A stretch of DNA of 64,000 bases from an uncultured delta proteobacterium (GCA_963803435.1 CAWDML010000007.1:288001-352000), one strand, 5' to 3'; shown: positions 8,900 through 19,192, counted from the stretch's first letter. Made by a program: numbers and translations. Notes: generated from the sequence alone by a model not told the origin.

Positions 8900-9259
8900 T
8901 CACATCGCCCGGTCGAGGTTCCCGAGCAGTCGCGAGGCCAGGAGGTCGCTGTCATCCCGCGCCGGCAAGCGCAGCACGCGTGCGGCTGGAAACCTCTCGT
9001 GGACAATCGCCTCGCTCTCGCCGTGGCTCGCGAAGGTGTCTCCCAAGATCACGAGGTCCGGGGGCAATCGGAGCTGTTCCAGGCCATCCAGCGTCTCCGC
9101 GAACCGCCGCCAGCTAGCCACGACGTGGACATCCGTCGCGACACAGCGACAGGCACGCTCGAGCGTGCTCCGTCCGACAGGGTGCGCTTCGGCGATGAGA
9201 ATTCGGGCGCTCCGTGGATGACGTGCGAGATCCCGGTGCGCAATGCGCGGCTCCGACAC
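8900..9259 (-). CDS. atypical receiver-like (CheY-fold) protein
   Basis: RILIAE...PPDLVILGD pattern with acidic pocket and conserved Lys degenerate; AGGAGG RBS. Confidence 0.55.
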   Translation of the reverse strand: MSEPRIAHRDLARHPRSARILIAEAHPVGRSTLERACRCVATDVHVVASWRRFAETLDGLEQLRLPPDLVILGDTFASHGESEAIVHERFPAARVLRLPARDDSDLLASRLLGNLDRAM

Positions 9260-9285
9260 AACTCGTTCCTCCTACTCGTGACGAC

Positions 9286-9301
9286 TGCAACGTGCGTTCC
9301 C
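9286..9301 (-). promoter_or_regulatory. sigma54 -24/-12 promoter (pseudo-receiver/ZnF/ku/ku unit)
   Basis: GGGAACGCACGTTGCA. Confidence 0.65.
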
Positions 9302-9312
9302 CGAGGAACGGC

Positions 9313-9328
9313 TGGCATCCCGGCTGCA
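9313..9328 (+). promoter_or_regulatory. sigma54 -24/-12 promoter
   Basis: TGGCATCCCGGCTGCA, back-to-back with the 9286 site. Confidence 0.6.
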
Positions 9329-9382
9329 GCAGCAGAGATGGCAGCCCGACATCAGAAGATTCGGGCCGAGAAGGAGTAGATC

Positions 9383-9868
9383 ATGAAGTTGAAGACACTG
9401 TCGGCCCTGCTGATGAGCGCGAGCCTGTCGGCGTTCGTCATCTCTTGCGACGAGTACGGGAAGAAGAACGAGAACGCACCCGGCACGGCCACCGATCAGT
9501 ATGGCCAGCGTCCCGCGACGCCGACGAACCCGAGCGTGGGGCAGACGCCCACCGAGCGCGCGGACGAGCAGAACAAGGGGATGGAGCAGGCGACGAATGT
9601 GAGGACGGATCTGGAGAAACGTGTCTCCGATCTGGAGCAGCAGTGGAACAAGGTCGAGGCCCAGTACCAGCAGCGGGCTGATCTCAAGACCGAGTATCAG
9701 ACGATGAGCAAGGACATCCCGCAGCAGATCCAGAACGTGAAGTCCGAGATCCAGCAGATCGATCAGGAGGGGACCGAGCAGAGCTCTGAGGCTGCCAAGG
9801 AGCGAATCGGCAAACAGCTCGACGATCTGGAGCAGCGCCTCGATCAGGCGCAGGAGCGCTTGAGCTGA
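9383..9868 (+). CDS. coiled-coil lipoprotein
   Basis: Signal peptide ending VISC; hydrophilic Q/E-rich helices; AAGGAG RBS. Confidence 0.75.
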   Translation: MKLKTLSALLMSASLSAFVISCDEYGKKNENAPGTATDQYGQRPATPTNPSVGQTPTERADEQNKGMEQATNVRTDLEKRVSDLEQQWNKVEAQYQQRADLKTEYQTMSKDIPQQIQNVKSEIQQIDQEGTEQSSEAAKERIGKQLDDLEQRLDQAQERLS

Positions 9869-9977
9869 CCAGCGCTCGGAGCGGCTCGGCGAGGTCGGGG
9901 TACGCTCCGGCCTCGCGCGAGCGACGCCCCGGGGCGCCGCGCCTCGCGACCCCGGGGCCAGACGGCCCACACGCTGA

Positions 9978-9993
9978 CGGAACGCGGATTGCT
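9978..9993 (+). promoter_or_regulatory. sigma54 -24/-12 promoter (M48-treZ-treY unit)
   Basis: CGGAACGCGGATTGCT; ATG 14 nt after the C. Confidence 0.7.
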
Positions 9994-10005
9994 CTCTCGA
10001 GATCC

Positions 10006-10839
10006 ATGCATCGATCGTCGATCGCCGCCATGCTCCTCTGCGGCTGCGCCACGTCCCCGACCGGCCGCCACCAGCTGGTGATGTTTCCCGAAGCGGAGAT
10101 GTCACAGATCGGCTCGCAAGCCTTCCAGCAGGTGAAGCAGGAGACGCCGCCGACACGCTCCGGTGCGGTTCAGGAGTACGCGCAGTGCATCGCGCGCCAG
10201 ATCCTCGCAGTGGCGCACGACTCCGATCCCGATCTCCTCCCGGCCGACCGATGGGACGTCGTCGTCTTCGATGACAACACGATCAATGCCTTCGCGCTGC
10301 CCGGGGGAAAGGTGGGCGTCTACCTGGGAATGGTGCGCTTCGCCGACAACCCGGACGAGCTCGCGGCGGTGATCGGCCACGAGGTCGGGCACGTGATGGC
10401 GCATCACGGCAACGAGCGTCTCTCCCAGGCGCTCGCCGCGCAGAGTGCGCTGGCCGTGATCGACCTGCTCACGAAGGACACGCCCACGTCCCGCCTCGCG
10501 CTGGCGGCGCTGGGGGTCGGCACGACCGTCGGGATCACGCTCCCGCACAGCCGGACCCAGGAGCGCGAGGCCGATCTGATCGGGCTGAAGCTGATGGCCC
10601 AGGCCGGCTTCGATCCCGACCAGGCCGTCCGCCTCTGGGAGAAGATGGCCACGAACAACCCCACCCAGGTGCCCCAATTCCTCTCCACGCACCCGGATCC
10701 CGACAGCCGCGCGCGCGAGCTTGCCGCCCACCTTCCCGAGGTGCGACAGGAGTACGCGAGCGCGCGGGGCCGCATGCACTGCGACAAGCCGAGCGTCCCC
10801 GCGGCGCTCGAGCACCCGGCGGTTCAAGGTCGGGGATGA
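10006..10839 (+). CDS. M48 family metallopeptidase lipoprotein (LoiP/YggG-like)
   Basis: Lipobox LCGC, NAFALPGG, HEVGH, QEREAD, STHP. Confidence 0.92.
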   Translation: MHRSSIAAMLLCGCATSPTGRHQLVMFPEAEMSQIGSQAFQQVKQETPPTRSGAVQEYAQCIARQILAVAHDSDPDLLPADRWDVVVFDDNTINAFALPGGKVGVYLGMVRFADNPDELAAVIGHEVGHVMAHHGNERLSQALAAQSALAVIDLLTKDTPTSRLALAALGVGTTVGITLPHSRTQEREADLIGLKLMAQAGFDPDQAVRLWEKMATNNPTQVPQFLSTHPDPDSRARELAAHLPEVRQEYASARGRMHCDKPSVPAALEHPAVQGRG

Positions 10840-12615
10840 AGCGCTTTCACACCATGCCGTTCGGCGCCGAGGTCGCAGGTGATCGGGTGCGGTTCGCGCT
10901 GTGGGCGCCCACCGCGTGTTCGGTCGAGCTGGAGCTCGACCAGCCGGGCGGATCGTTCCGCCGGGCGATGGCGGAGGAGGACGGCTGGTTTCGACTCACG
11001 CTCGAGGCGGCCGCCGGCGATCGATACGGCTTCCATGTCGGCGGCCAGGCCGTCCCGGATCCGGCCTCGCGGTGGCAGCCCGACGGCGTGCACGGCAAGA
11101 GCGCGGTGGTCGATCCCGCACAGCACGACTGGCGGGATCACACCTGGAGCGGGCGGCCCTGGCACGAGGCGGTCATCTGCGAGCTCCACGTCGGCACCTT
11201 CACCGCCGAGGGGACGTATCTGGGGGCGATCGATCGGCTCGATCACCTGGTCGAGACCGGAGTCACCGCGATCGAGCTGATGCCGCTCGCCCAGGCCCCC
11301 GGCGCGCGGAACTGGGGCTACGACGGCGTGAGCCTGTTCGCCCCCTCCTCCAACTATGGGACCCCGGGCGAGCTCAAGCGGCTGGTCGAGGCCGCCCACG
11401 CGCGCGGCCTGATGGTCCTGCTCGACGTCGTCTACAACCACTTCGGGCCCGAGGGAAACTATCTGCACCTCTATGCGGAGGCCTTCTTCAATCCCGCGCA
11501 CCACACACCGTGGGGCTCGGGGATCAACTTCGACAGCGAGCACTCCGAGGTCGTGCGAGACTTCTATCTCCAGAACGCGCTGTACTGGTTGAGCGAGTAC
11601 CACTTCGATGGGCTCAGGCTCGACGCCGTCGATCAGATCGCCGACGACTCGCAGCCTCACTTCCTCGAGGAGCTCGCCGATCGAATTCGCGCCTCGATCG
11701 ATCGAGACGTCCATCTGGTCCTGGAGAACGACCGCAACGATCCAGCGCTCCTCGAGCGCACGCTGCGCCGGCCGCGCCGATACACGGCTCAGTGGAACGA
11801 CGACTTCCATCACGCCTGCCACGCCCTGACGACCGGCGAGGGCGACGGCTACTACCGAGACTACCTGCCGCGCCCGATCGAGCACCTCGCCCGCTGCCTC
11901 GCCGAGGGCTTCGCGTATCAAGGCGAGCGTTCGCTGCATCGAGGCGGGCGCGAGCGCGGCGCACGTTCGGGCACGCTTCCGCCCACGGCGTTCGTCGCGT
12001 TCGTGCAGAACCACGATCAGATCGGCAACCGCGCGCGCGGCGAGCGCCTGGCGCACCTCGTCCCCCGCCCGCGGGCCGAGGCGGCGGTGGCCGTGGCGCT
12101 GTTGTCCCCGCAGATCCCGCTCGTCTTCATGGGCGACGACTGGGGCGCCTCGACGCCGTTCCTCTTCTTCTGCGACTTCGAGCCCGACCTCGCGAAGGCG
12201 GTGCGCGAGGGCAGGCGTCGCGAGTTCGGCGCATTCGGCGGGTTCGGCGGCGAGCTCCCTGATCCGCTGTCAGAACGTACGCTAGAGGCGAGCGTCCTCC
12301 GCTGGGAGGAGCGCGCGGAGCCGGAGCACCAGGCCTGGCTGGAGCTGTTCCGCCGCCTGCTGTCGGTCCGGCGCCGGCAGGTGGTGCCGCTGATCGCCTC
12401 CGGCCGGATTCGAGCCGGGACGCGCCCGTCCGATCGGAGACGCGGCCGTCGACGCGAGCTGGCGCTTCGCCGAGGGCGAGCTGCGCATGGTGGCCAACCT
12501 GGGCGATGGACCGGTCCGGGTCGAAGCCGGCGCCGCGCTGGCGCAGGTCTACCCGGACAACCGAGTGGAGGGCGAGCTCCCGGGATGGACCGTGGCCTTG
12601 TGGAGGTCGGCTTGA
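10836..12615 (+). CDS. treZ: malto-oligosyltrehalose trehalohydrolase (GH13), apparent +1 frameshift at ~12409
   Basis: ELHVGTF, NWGYDG, DVVYNHFGPEG, LRLDAV, QNHDQIGNR. Corrected C-terminus ...LRMVANLG...LPGWTVALWRSA* ends at 12615. Confidence 0.92.
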
Positions 12616-15428
12616 GCTACGAGATCCCGCGCGCCACCTATCGCCTTCAGCTGGGCGCGGGCTTTGGCTTCCGCGAGGCCCGGGACCTCACCGACTATCT
12701 CGACCGCCTCGGCATCAGCCACGTCTACACCTCACCGTACCTCAAGGCGCGCGCGCACAGCCCGCACGGCTACGACGTCGTCGACCATCAGCACGTGCAG
12801 CCCGAGCTGGGCGACGAGCGCGAGCTGCTCCAATGGCTCGAGCTCCTCCGAGCCCGCGGGATGGGCCAGATCGCCGACTTCGTGCCGAACCACATGGGCA
12901 TCGGGCGCGACGACAACCCCTGGTGGCTCGACGTCCTCGAGTGGGGCCGGCGTTCGCCATACGCGGAGTTCTTCGACATCGACTGGCGAGCGAGCCAGCC
13001 GGACCTCGCCGGCAAGGTTCTGGTGCCCTTCCTCGGCGATCTGTACGGCCAGGTCCTGGAGCGCGGTGAGCTCACGCTGGCGTTCGATGGGGGCGGCTTC
13101 TCCGTCCGCTATTACGAGCACCGCTTCCCCATCTCACCGGCCTCATACCTGAGGATCCTCTCCGGTGCGATCGATCGGTCCCGCCATCAGCTCGACGAGG
13201 CGCTCGTGACCGAGCTCGGGCTGGTGACCGCTCGGCTGCGCGAGCTGGCCTCGCTCGAGGAGGACCCGCAGTTCGACCTGCGCCCCCACGGGATCGAGGC
13301 GAGGGAGCAGCTCGTGCGGCTGGCCGGGTCACGTCCGGAGGTCGAGCGGCTGATCCACGACGCGATCGCCGAGCTCACCGGCACGCCGGGAGAGCCGTAC
13401 ACCTTCCAGAAGCTCCACGATCTCCTGGAAACCCAGAGCTACCGCCTCGCCCACTGGCGCGTGGCCGCCGACGAGGTCAACTACCGGCGGTTCTTCGATA
13501 TCAACGAGCTGGCCGCGCTGCGCACCGAGCTCCCCCAGGTCCTCGAAGCCACTCACGCCTGGCTCGCCACCATGATCCGCGAGGGACGGCTCGCCGGCGT
13601 CCGCATCGATCACGTGGATGGCCTCTACGATCCGCTCGCCTACCTGACCTGGCTTCGCGCGCTCGCCGGCGATCGCCCGCTCTATCTGGTCGTCGAGAAG
13701 ATCCTGGCCGACCACGAGTCGCTGCGTACGGAGTGGCCGGTCCAGGGCACGACCGGCTACGAGTTCATGAACCAGGTCAACGGCCTCTTCGTCGACGCCT
13801 CCCGCGCGTCGGAGCTGGCTCGGGTCCACCGGCGCTTCGCCGGCGAGACCGGCGACCTCGAGGCGGTGATCCACGCCTCCAAGCGCTTCGTGATCAAGTA
13901 CGTGCTCTCGGGCGAGCTCCAGCTGCTGGCGAGCGCGCTCAACCGGGTCGCGGAGCGGTCGTGGCACAGCCGCGACTTCACGCTTCACGAGCTCCGCACC
14001 GCGCTCGCCGAGGTCGCGATGGCCTTCCCGGTCTATCGTACGTACGTCGTGGACACGGCCTCCGACGAGGATCGCCGCGACATCACCTGGGCGATCCAGA
14101 CCGCACGCAAGAGCTCGGCGATCGACGACACCGTCTTCGACTTCATCGCCCGGGTGCTGACCAACGACCTGGCGAAGAGCGGCAACGGTGGATGGTCGCC
14201 GACCGAGGTGCAGCGCTTCGCCATGAAGTTTCAGCAGTACACCGGCCCGCTGATGGCGAAGGCGCTCGAGGACACCGCGTTCTACCGGTACGGCCGGCTG
14301 CTCTCGCTCAACGAGGTCGGCGGACATCCGCACCGCGTCGGGATCTCGGTGGCGGCCTTTCACGCGATCAACCAGCAGCGTCTCGCTCGCTGGCCGCACA
14401 GCATGGTGGCCCTGTCGACCCACGACGCCAAGCGAGGCGCCGACGCACGCGCGCGCATCGACGTGATCTCGGAGATCCCGCTCGAGTGGGGCCGCCGGGT
14501 GGCGCGCTGGAACCGGATCAACCGCTTCCGCCGAACAGTCGTGGATCGCGCGCTCACCCCGGCCGACCACGAGCTCTATTCGCTCTATCAGACACTGCTC
14601 GGCTCCTGGCCCACCGATCTCCTCGAGCGCCCGCGCAGCGAGGCGCTCGCCGACTTCTCCGAGCGCATCCTCCAGTACATGCGGAAGGCCATGCGCGAGG
14701 CCAAGCTGAGGAGCAGCTGGTACCGGCCGGCGCCCGACTACGAGTGCGCCGTCCTCGACTTCGTCGAGAAAATCCTCTCGCCCTCGGAGAAGAACAGGTT
14801 CCTCGACGACTTCCTCCCCTTCGTGCGCAACCTCTCGGCCTTCGGCGCGCTCAACGGCCTTTCGCAGGTCATCCTGCAGCTCACCGGGCCGGGCGTTCCG
14901 GATCTCTACCGCGGCACGGAGCTGTGGGATCTCAGCCTCGTCGATCCGGACAACCGCGGCCCCGTCGATTTCGAGGCCCGCCGGCGGATGCTCGAGGAGC
15001 TCCTCACGGAGGGGACCAGCCCCGAGCGGTTCGACGCCCGCCTGCGAGGCTGGTCCGACGGGCGGATCAAGATGTTCGTCATCGAGCGGTTGCTAGGTCT
15101 GCGCCGCGAGCGACCCGATCTCTTCGCTCTCGGGGACTACACGCCATGTGAGGTCGATGGTCCCCGCAGGGATCACTTGTGCGCCTTCGTACGACGCCGA
15201 TCCGGCGCCGTCGCGATCGTGATCGTCTCGCGCCTCCTCCACTCCGCGAGCGGCGGCGACTTCGATCGCGCGATCGGCCCGACTCTTTGGGAGGGCACTC
15301 GAGTTCGCGTGCCGGACCTCGGAACGATCCGACTGACGGATGTCCTAACGGGCCGTACGTTCACATCGAGCGGCGACCTCGTCGCGGATCGCCCGTTCGC
15401 GGTGCTGTTCGGGCAGGGCAGCGAATGA
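12612..15428 (+). CDS. treY: malto-oligosyltrehalose synthase
   Basis: PRATYRLQ, SPHGYDVVDH, NYRRFFDIN, RIDHVDGL, STHDAKR; GGAGG RBS and TTGA overlap with the treZ stop. Confidence 0.93.
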   Translation: MSYEIPRATYRLQLGAGFGFREARDLTDYLDRLGISHVYTSPYLKARAHSPHGYDVVDHQHVQPELGDERELLQWLELLRARGMGQIADFVPNHMGIGRDDNPWWLDVLEWGRRSPYAEFFDIDWRASQPDLAGKVLVPFLGDLYGQVLERGELTLAFDGGGFSVRYYEHRFPISPASYLRILSGAIDRSRHQLDEALVTELGLVTARLRELASLEEDPQFDLRPHGIEAREQLVRLAGSRPEVERLIHDAIAELTGTPGEPYTFQKLHDLLETQSYRLAHWRVAADEVNYRRFFDINELAALRTELPQVLEATHAWLATMIREGRLAGVRIDHVDGLYDPLAYLTWLRALAGDRPLYLVVEKILADHESLRTEWPVQGTTGYEFMNQVNGLFVDASRASELARVHRRFAGETGDLEAVIHASKRFVIKYVLSGELQLLASALNRVAERSWHSRDFTLHELRTALAEVAMAFPVYRTYVVDTASDEDRRDITWAIQTARKSSAIDDTVFDFIARVLTNDLAKSGNGGWSPTEVQRFAMKFQQYTGPLMAKALEDTAFYRYGRLLSLNEVGGHPHRVGISVAAFHAINQQRLARWPHSMVALSTHDAKRGADARARIDVISEIPLEWGRRVARWNRINRFRRTVVDRALTPADHELYSLYQTLLGSWPTDLLERPRSEALADFSERILQYMRKAMREAKLRSSWYRPAPDYECAVLDFVEKILSPSEKNRFLDDFLPFVRNLSAFGALNGLSQVILQLTGPGVPDLYRGTELWDLSLVDPDNRGPVDFEARRRMLEELLTEGTSPERFDARLRGWSDGRIKMFVIERLLGLRRERPDLFALGDYTPCEVDGPRRDHLCAFVRRRSGAVAIVIVSRLLHSASGGDFDRAIGPTLWEGTRVRVPDLGTIRLTDVLTGRTFTSSGDLVADRPFAVLFGQGSE

Positions 15429-15437
15429 CGCGCTCGA

Positions 15438-15453
15438 TGGCACGGCCGGTGCA
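15438..15453 (+). promoter_or_regulatory. sigma54 -24/-12 promoter
   Basis: TGGCACGGCCGGTGCA upstream of the GGDEF gene. Confidence 0.75.
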
Positions 15454-15477
15454 GCTCGTCGAAGCATCGGACGCCGC

Positions 15478-16440
15478 ATGTCGGAGCGCTCTCAGACCCC
15501 AATCCCACCGGAGAATGAAGGTCGGCCTGTGGAGCCGTGGCGTGCGCAGCCGCCCGACGTGACGAGGCTGCCGCAGGACCGGCGCCGCTCCCTCGAAGAC
15601 CAGCTGCTCGGCTGCCTTCACTCCCAACCGCGTGCGCTCGATCTGGTCCTGGGTCTGGCAGGCGACATTCCGCTGACCCACGAGCTCCGCGTCGGGCTCG
15701 AAGCGTGGAAGCAGAGCCGCGGCCTCAACTTCTACTCCGAGGTCCTCTTCACCCTCACCCATGAGCATTTCGCGCCGGCAGAGGCGCGCGGGTTGTGGGA
15801 GCGCGTGAATGCGCACAAGGAGACGCTCGAGATCCGTCTCGATCGACCAGTGGGGATCGCAGTGGCTGCGCTCGACTATCTCACCAACGTCGCGGGCCTG
15901 CTCCCTTCGCCCACGTTGATCCCGGCGCGCACGTTCAACGACGTCGCCGAGATGGCGCTCCAGGACGAGATGACCGGGCTCTTCGGCCCGTCCGCGTTTC
16001 GGATGCTGGTCCACAAGGAGATCGCGCGAGCGAGCCGCTTCCGCGAGCCCCTCTCGCTCGTGATGCTCGATCTCGACGACTTCAAGCGGATCAACGATCG
16101 CTTCGGCCACCCGGTGGGCGACCAGGTCCTGGCCGGCGTCGGTCAGGTGCTGCGCTCGACCCTGCGCGAGGCCGACATCGCGGCGCGCTACGGCGGCGAA
16201 GAGTTCGCGGCGCTCCTCCCCCGGACCCCGGCGGATCAGCTCCTCCCGCTCCTCGAGCGGCTTCGCGCGGCGATCGCCGAGCGGCCTTCCGGCCGACCGT
16301 CCGTCACCGCCAGCATCGGAGCCGCCAGCTTTCCCGAGCACGGCGTTTCGGCGCGCGAGCTGATCGTGCGTGCAGACGATGCGCTATACGCCGCCAAGCG
16401 TGGTGGTAAGAATCGCGTTGCGATCGGGGACCATTGCTGA
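15478..16440 (+). CDS. diguanylate cyclase (GGDEF domain)
   Basis: DLDDFKRINDRFGHPVGD, RxxD I-site (READ), RYGGEEF. Confidence 0.92.
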   Translation: MSERSQTPIPPENEGRPVEPWRAQPPDVTRLPQDRRRSLEDQLLGCLHSQPRALDLVLGLAGDIPLTHELRVGLEAWKQSRGLNFYSEVLFTLTHEHFAPAEARGLWERVNAHKETLEIRLDRPVGIAVAALDYLTNVAGLLPSPTLIPARTFNDVAEMALQDEMTGLFGPSAFRMLVHKEIARASRFREPLSLVMLDLDDFKRINDRFGHPVGDQVLAGVGQVLRSTLREADIAARYGGEEFAALLPRTPADQLLPLLERLRAAIAERPSGRPSVTASIGAASFPEHGVSARELIVRADDALYAAKRGGKNRVAIGDHC

Positions 16441-16453
16441 CCATGGGATCGTC

Positions 16454-17347
16454 ATGCCGAAGAAGCTCGAATACAACGCGACGATCGTCGCGCGCCGGGA
16501 CATCACCGGGACCCTCGCGACCTTCCGCGTAGCGACGGACGCGGAGGTCTGCGACGGCGCGACCGCGCGACCGTTTCTCCCCGGACAATACGTGACTGCT
16601 GCGCTGCCCGCGCCGAACGGCGACTGGATCCAGCGCCCCTTCTCCATCGCGTCGGCGCCCGAGGATCGGACCGGCCTGGAGCTCTACGTTCGCAAGGTGG
16701 CGCACCCCGTCTCGGAGGCGCCGTTCAGCCACCTGATCTTCGACCGCCACCCCTCCGACCGGATCTACGTCCGACCGGCGGCCACCGGCCGCTTCACGCT
16801 CAGCCACACGATCGGCGTCGACAATCGGATCGTGAAGCTGCTGGTGGCGGCGGGGACCGGCGTCGCTCCCTTCATGAGCATGATCAGGAGCCGCGCGCTC
16901 GGCACCAGCGGCGCGCTCGACGATCTGGTGCTCATGCACGGCGTCAGCTTCCCCGACGAGCTCGCATACGAGGAGGAGCTGTCCCGCCTCGCCCGCGAGC
17001 GCGGCCTTCGCTACCTGACCACGATCAGTCGACCTCACTGCGCGCCGACCTGGACGGGCACGGTGGGGCGCGTCAACGAGCTCCTCTCGCCCGCGCGGAT
17101 CCGCGACGCCGAGCGCATGCTCGGCATCTCGATCGTGCCGGAGGACACGGCGGTCTTCGTCTGCGGCCTGCACGAGATGATCGCGGGCGTGATCGAGGAT
17201 CTGATGCCGCGCGGGTACGTCCCGGCCCATCGCCGGATCCGGGCCCTCCACGCGATCCCGGAGGGCGTCCCCACCACGCTGTTCTACGAGCAGTACGACG
17301 ACGCACCACTCGTGAGCCGCGGTACCGAGCGTCACAGCGTGGCGTGA
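16454..17347 (+). CDS. ferredoxin/flavodoxin-NADP+ reductase family protein
   Basis: FLPGQY, RPFSIAS, AGTGVAPF, FVCG. Confidence 0.88.
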   Translation: MPKKLEYNATIVARRDITGTLATFRVATDAEVCDGATARPFLPGQYVTAALPAPNGDWIQRPFSIASAPEDRTGLELYVRKVAHPVSEAPFSHLIFDRHPSDRIYVRPAATGRFTLSHTIGVDNRIVKLLVAAGTGVAPFMSMIRSRALGTSGALDDLVLMHGVSFPDELAYEEELSRLARERGLRYLTTISRPHCAPTWTGTVGRVNELLSPARIRDAERMLGISIVPEDTAVFVCGLHEMIAGVIEDLMPRGYVPAHRRIRALHAIPEGVPTTLFYEQYDDAPLVSRGTERHSVA

Positions 17348-17384
17348 ATGCGTTGCGCCGGAGATCAACCCTCCGGCTTCGGAT

Positions 17385-17400
17385 CGGTATGGAGCCTGCA
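17385..17400 (+). promoter_or_regulatory. sigma54 -24/-12 promoter
   Basis: CGGTATGGAGCCTGCA upstream of the kinase. Confidence 0.6.
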
Positions 17401-17424
17401 CTCCACCCGTCCCGAACCCTCACA

Positions 17425-18327
17425 ATGCGAACCTCAGCGATCATGACCTCGGTCGGCCGCCCGCTCTCGCCCCCCCGACCGACGCGGCCGTTCTGGTTCG
17501 CGCCAGCCGGCTGCGAGATCATGCGCGAGATCGGGCGCGGCGGGATGTCGACCGTGTACGAGGCGTGCTGCTACCAGACCTACCGGCGGGTCGCGCTCAA
17601 GGTGTCGATCCCGAACGCGACCAACACCCAGCTGCAGCGCTTCGCCACCGAGGCCCAGATCGGACAGAAGCTGAGCCATCGAGCCATCCCGCGCGCCTTC
17701 AGCTACGGACACTTCGACGGCGGCATCTGGATGACGATGGAGCTGATCGACGGGGTGCCTCTCTCACGGGTCGTCGACGCGGCCAGCCTCGACACCCCCA
17801 CGCGCCTGCAGATCCTGGTCGAGATCGCGAACGCGGTCGAGCACGTGCACTCGCATGGGATCATCCATCGCGACATCAAGCCCGGGAACATCCTCCTCTC
17901 CCGAACTGGTCCGAAGCTCGTCGACTTCGGCATCGCCAAGACTCCACAGATCTCGCTGACACAGCCGCGCTACGTCGTGGGGACGCCCGACTACCTCGCG
18001 CCCGAACAGGTCGTTGGCAAGGCGATCGATCATCGCGTCGACGTCTTCCAGCTGGGCCTGCTGGCGTTCCAGCTCTTCGCGAAGCGGCTCCCCTGGAGCG
18101 GGAACAACATGGTGGAGATCGGCTGGGCGATCTGCTTCGACGCGCCAGCGCGACTGTCGGAGTGCCTTCGTCCCGAGGTGGCGCTCTCGCCGGAGCACGT
18201 CGGTGGGCTGGAGGCGATCGTGAGCCGAAGCCTGGCGCGGAACCGCAACAATCGTTTCGAATCTGCGCAAGCCTTCGGAGAGGCGATCCGCGCGCTCTAC
18301 GTCGAGATCTTCAAGAGCGGCGAATAG
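17425..18327 (+). CDS. cytoplasmic Ser/Thr protein kinase (kinase domain only)
   Basis: GRGGMSTVY, VALK, HRDIKPGN, DFG, GTPDYLAPE. Confidence 0.9.
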   Translation: MRTSAIMTSVGRPLSPPRPTRPFWFAPAGCEIMREIGRGGMSTVYEACCYQTYRRVALKVSIPNATNTQLQRFATEAQIGQKLSHRAIPRAFSYGHFDGGIWMTMELIDGVPLSRVVDAASLDTPTRLQILVEIANAVEHVHSHGIIHRDIKPGNILLSRTGPKLVDFGIAKTPQISLTQPRYVVGTPDYLAPEQVVGKAIDHRVDVFQLGLLAFQLFAKRLPWSGNNMVEIGWAICFDAPARLSECLRPEVALSPEHVGGLEAIVSRSLARNRNNRFESAQAFGEAIRALYVEIFKSGE

Positions 18328-19180
18328 CCAGGACCTGAGCGCTCTCCTCGGGCTCCGGGTTGGTCGTATCCAACCTCCAGCCGGAGAGGTAACCATCGAT
18401 CCGCTCGCCCATCTCCTCAGGGACCCCGGGGACGCAGCACTCATCGAGGAAGTTCGCGTACTCCACGATGGAGGCCATCACCGACTCGAGCGTCTCCACT
18501 TCACCGCGCATGCGCTCGAGGTTGCTCGAACGGACCCGCATCGCGTTCTCCCAGACCGCCGCCGACGCCGGCCGGCAATCCGCGCGCTCGAGCTCCCGCA
18601 AGCGCCGCGCGATCAGCTCGGGGTTGGCGGAGTTGAGGCGCTCCCGGCGGGCCTGCAGCGCCACTGCCAGGCGCACGAACATCGCGGTGAGCTCCGACAA
18701 ACCGAGACCGTTCTCCATCAGCTCGACACATACACGACCGCCGCGCTGTGCACGTTCGCGAACCTTTTTGACCCGACTCTCGAGGCGCTCCAGAGCTCCG
18801 CGATGCTCGTCTCCGATTTCGGCTCGCACCTGCGCCCGCCGCGTCTCCAGCGCCGCCTCTTCCACCTCTGACGCGCGCCGGTCCGCGAGCTCGCGAAACC
18901 AGGCCATGCGCGGGAGCGAGACCGTGGTGATGAGCTGGAGGACGGACCCGATGAGAAAGATCCACCACGTCTGGCACATCGCGGAGAGCAACGCCGTCAA
19001 GACCGGGAAGAGAGCCGTGTACGGGGAGACGATCGCGAAGCGAAGGTAGCCGGCACCGCTCATCCGTTCGCGCGTCTCGGGCGGGCGGTGAAGGAAGCAC
19101 GAGCCCGGATCCTGCGAGGAATCGAAAAGGGTCGTCTTCATTAGATCAGCGATCTGAACCTGATTTGCCGTCTCCCGCAT
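18311..19180 (-). CDS. hypothetical membrane-anchored coiled-coil protein
   Basis: Two hydrophobic segments followed by long helical repeats; start uncertain, set by the sigma54 site. Confidence 0.55.
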   Translation of the reverse strand: MRETANQVQIADLMKTTLFDSSQDPGSCFLHRPPETRERMSGAGYLRFAIVSPYTALFPVLTALLSAMCQTWWIFLIGSVLQLITTVSLPRMAWFRELADRRASEVEEAALETRRAQVRAEIGDEHRGALERLESRVKKVRERAQRGGRVCVELMENGLGLSELTAMFVRLAVALQARRERLNSANPELIARRLRELERADCRPASAAVWENAMRVRSSNLERMRGEVETLESVMASIVEYANFLDECCVPGVPEEMGERIDGYLSGWRLDTTNPEPEESAQVLAIRRS

Positions 19181-19192
19181 GGGGAGTACATG

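Noticed and set aside
10836-15428. 1530-aa TreZ-TreY fusion protein in the ORF track
   Set aside because: The linker is an out-of-frame read of the TreZ C-terminus after a +1 indel at GATTC 12407. treY has its own GGAGG RBS and a TTGA overlap.
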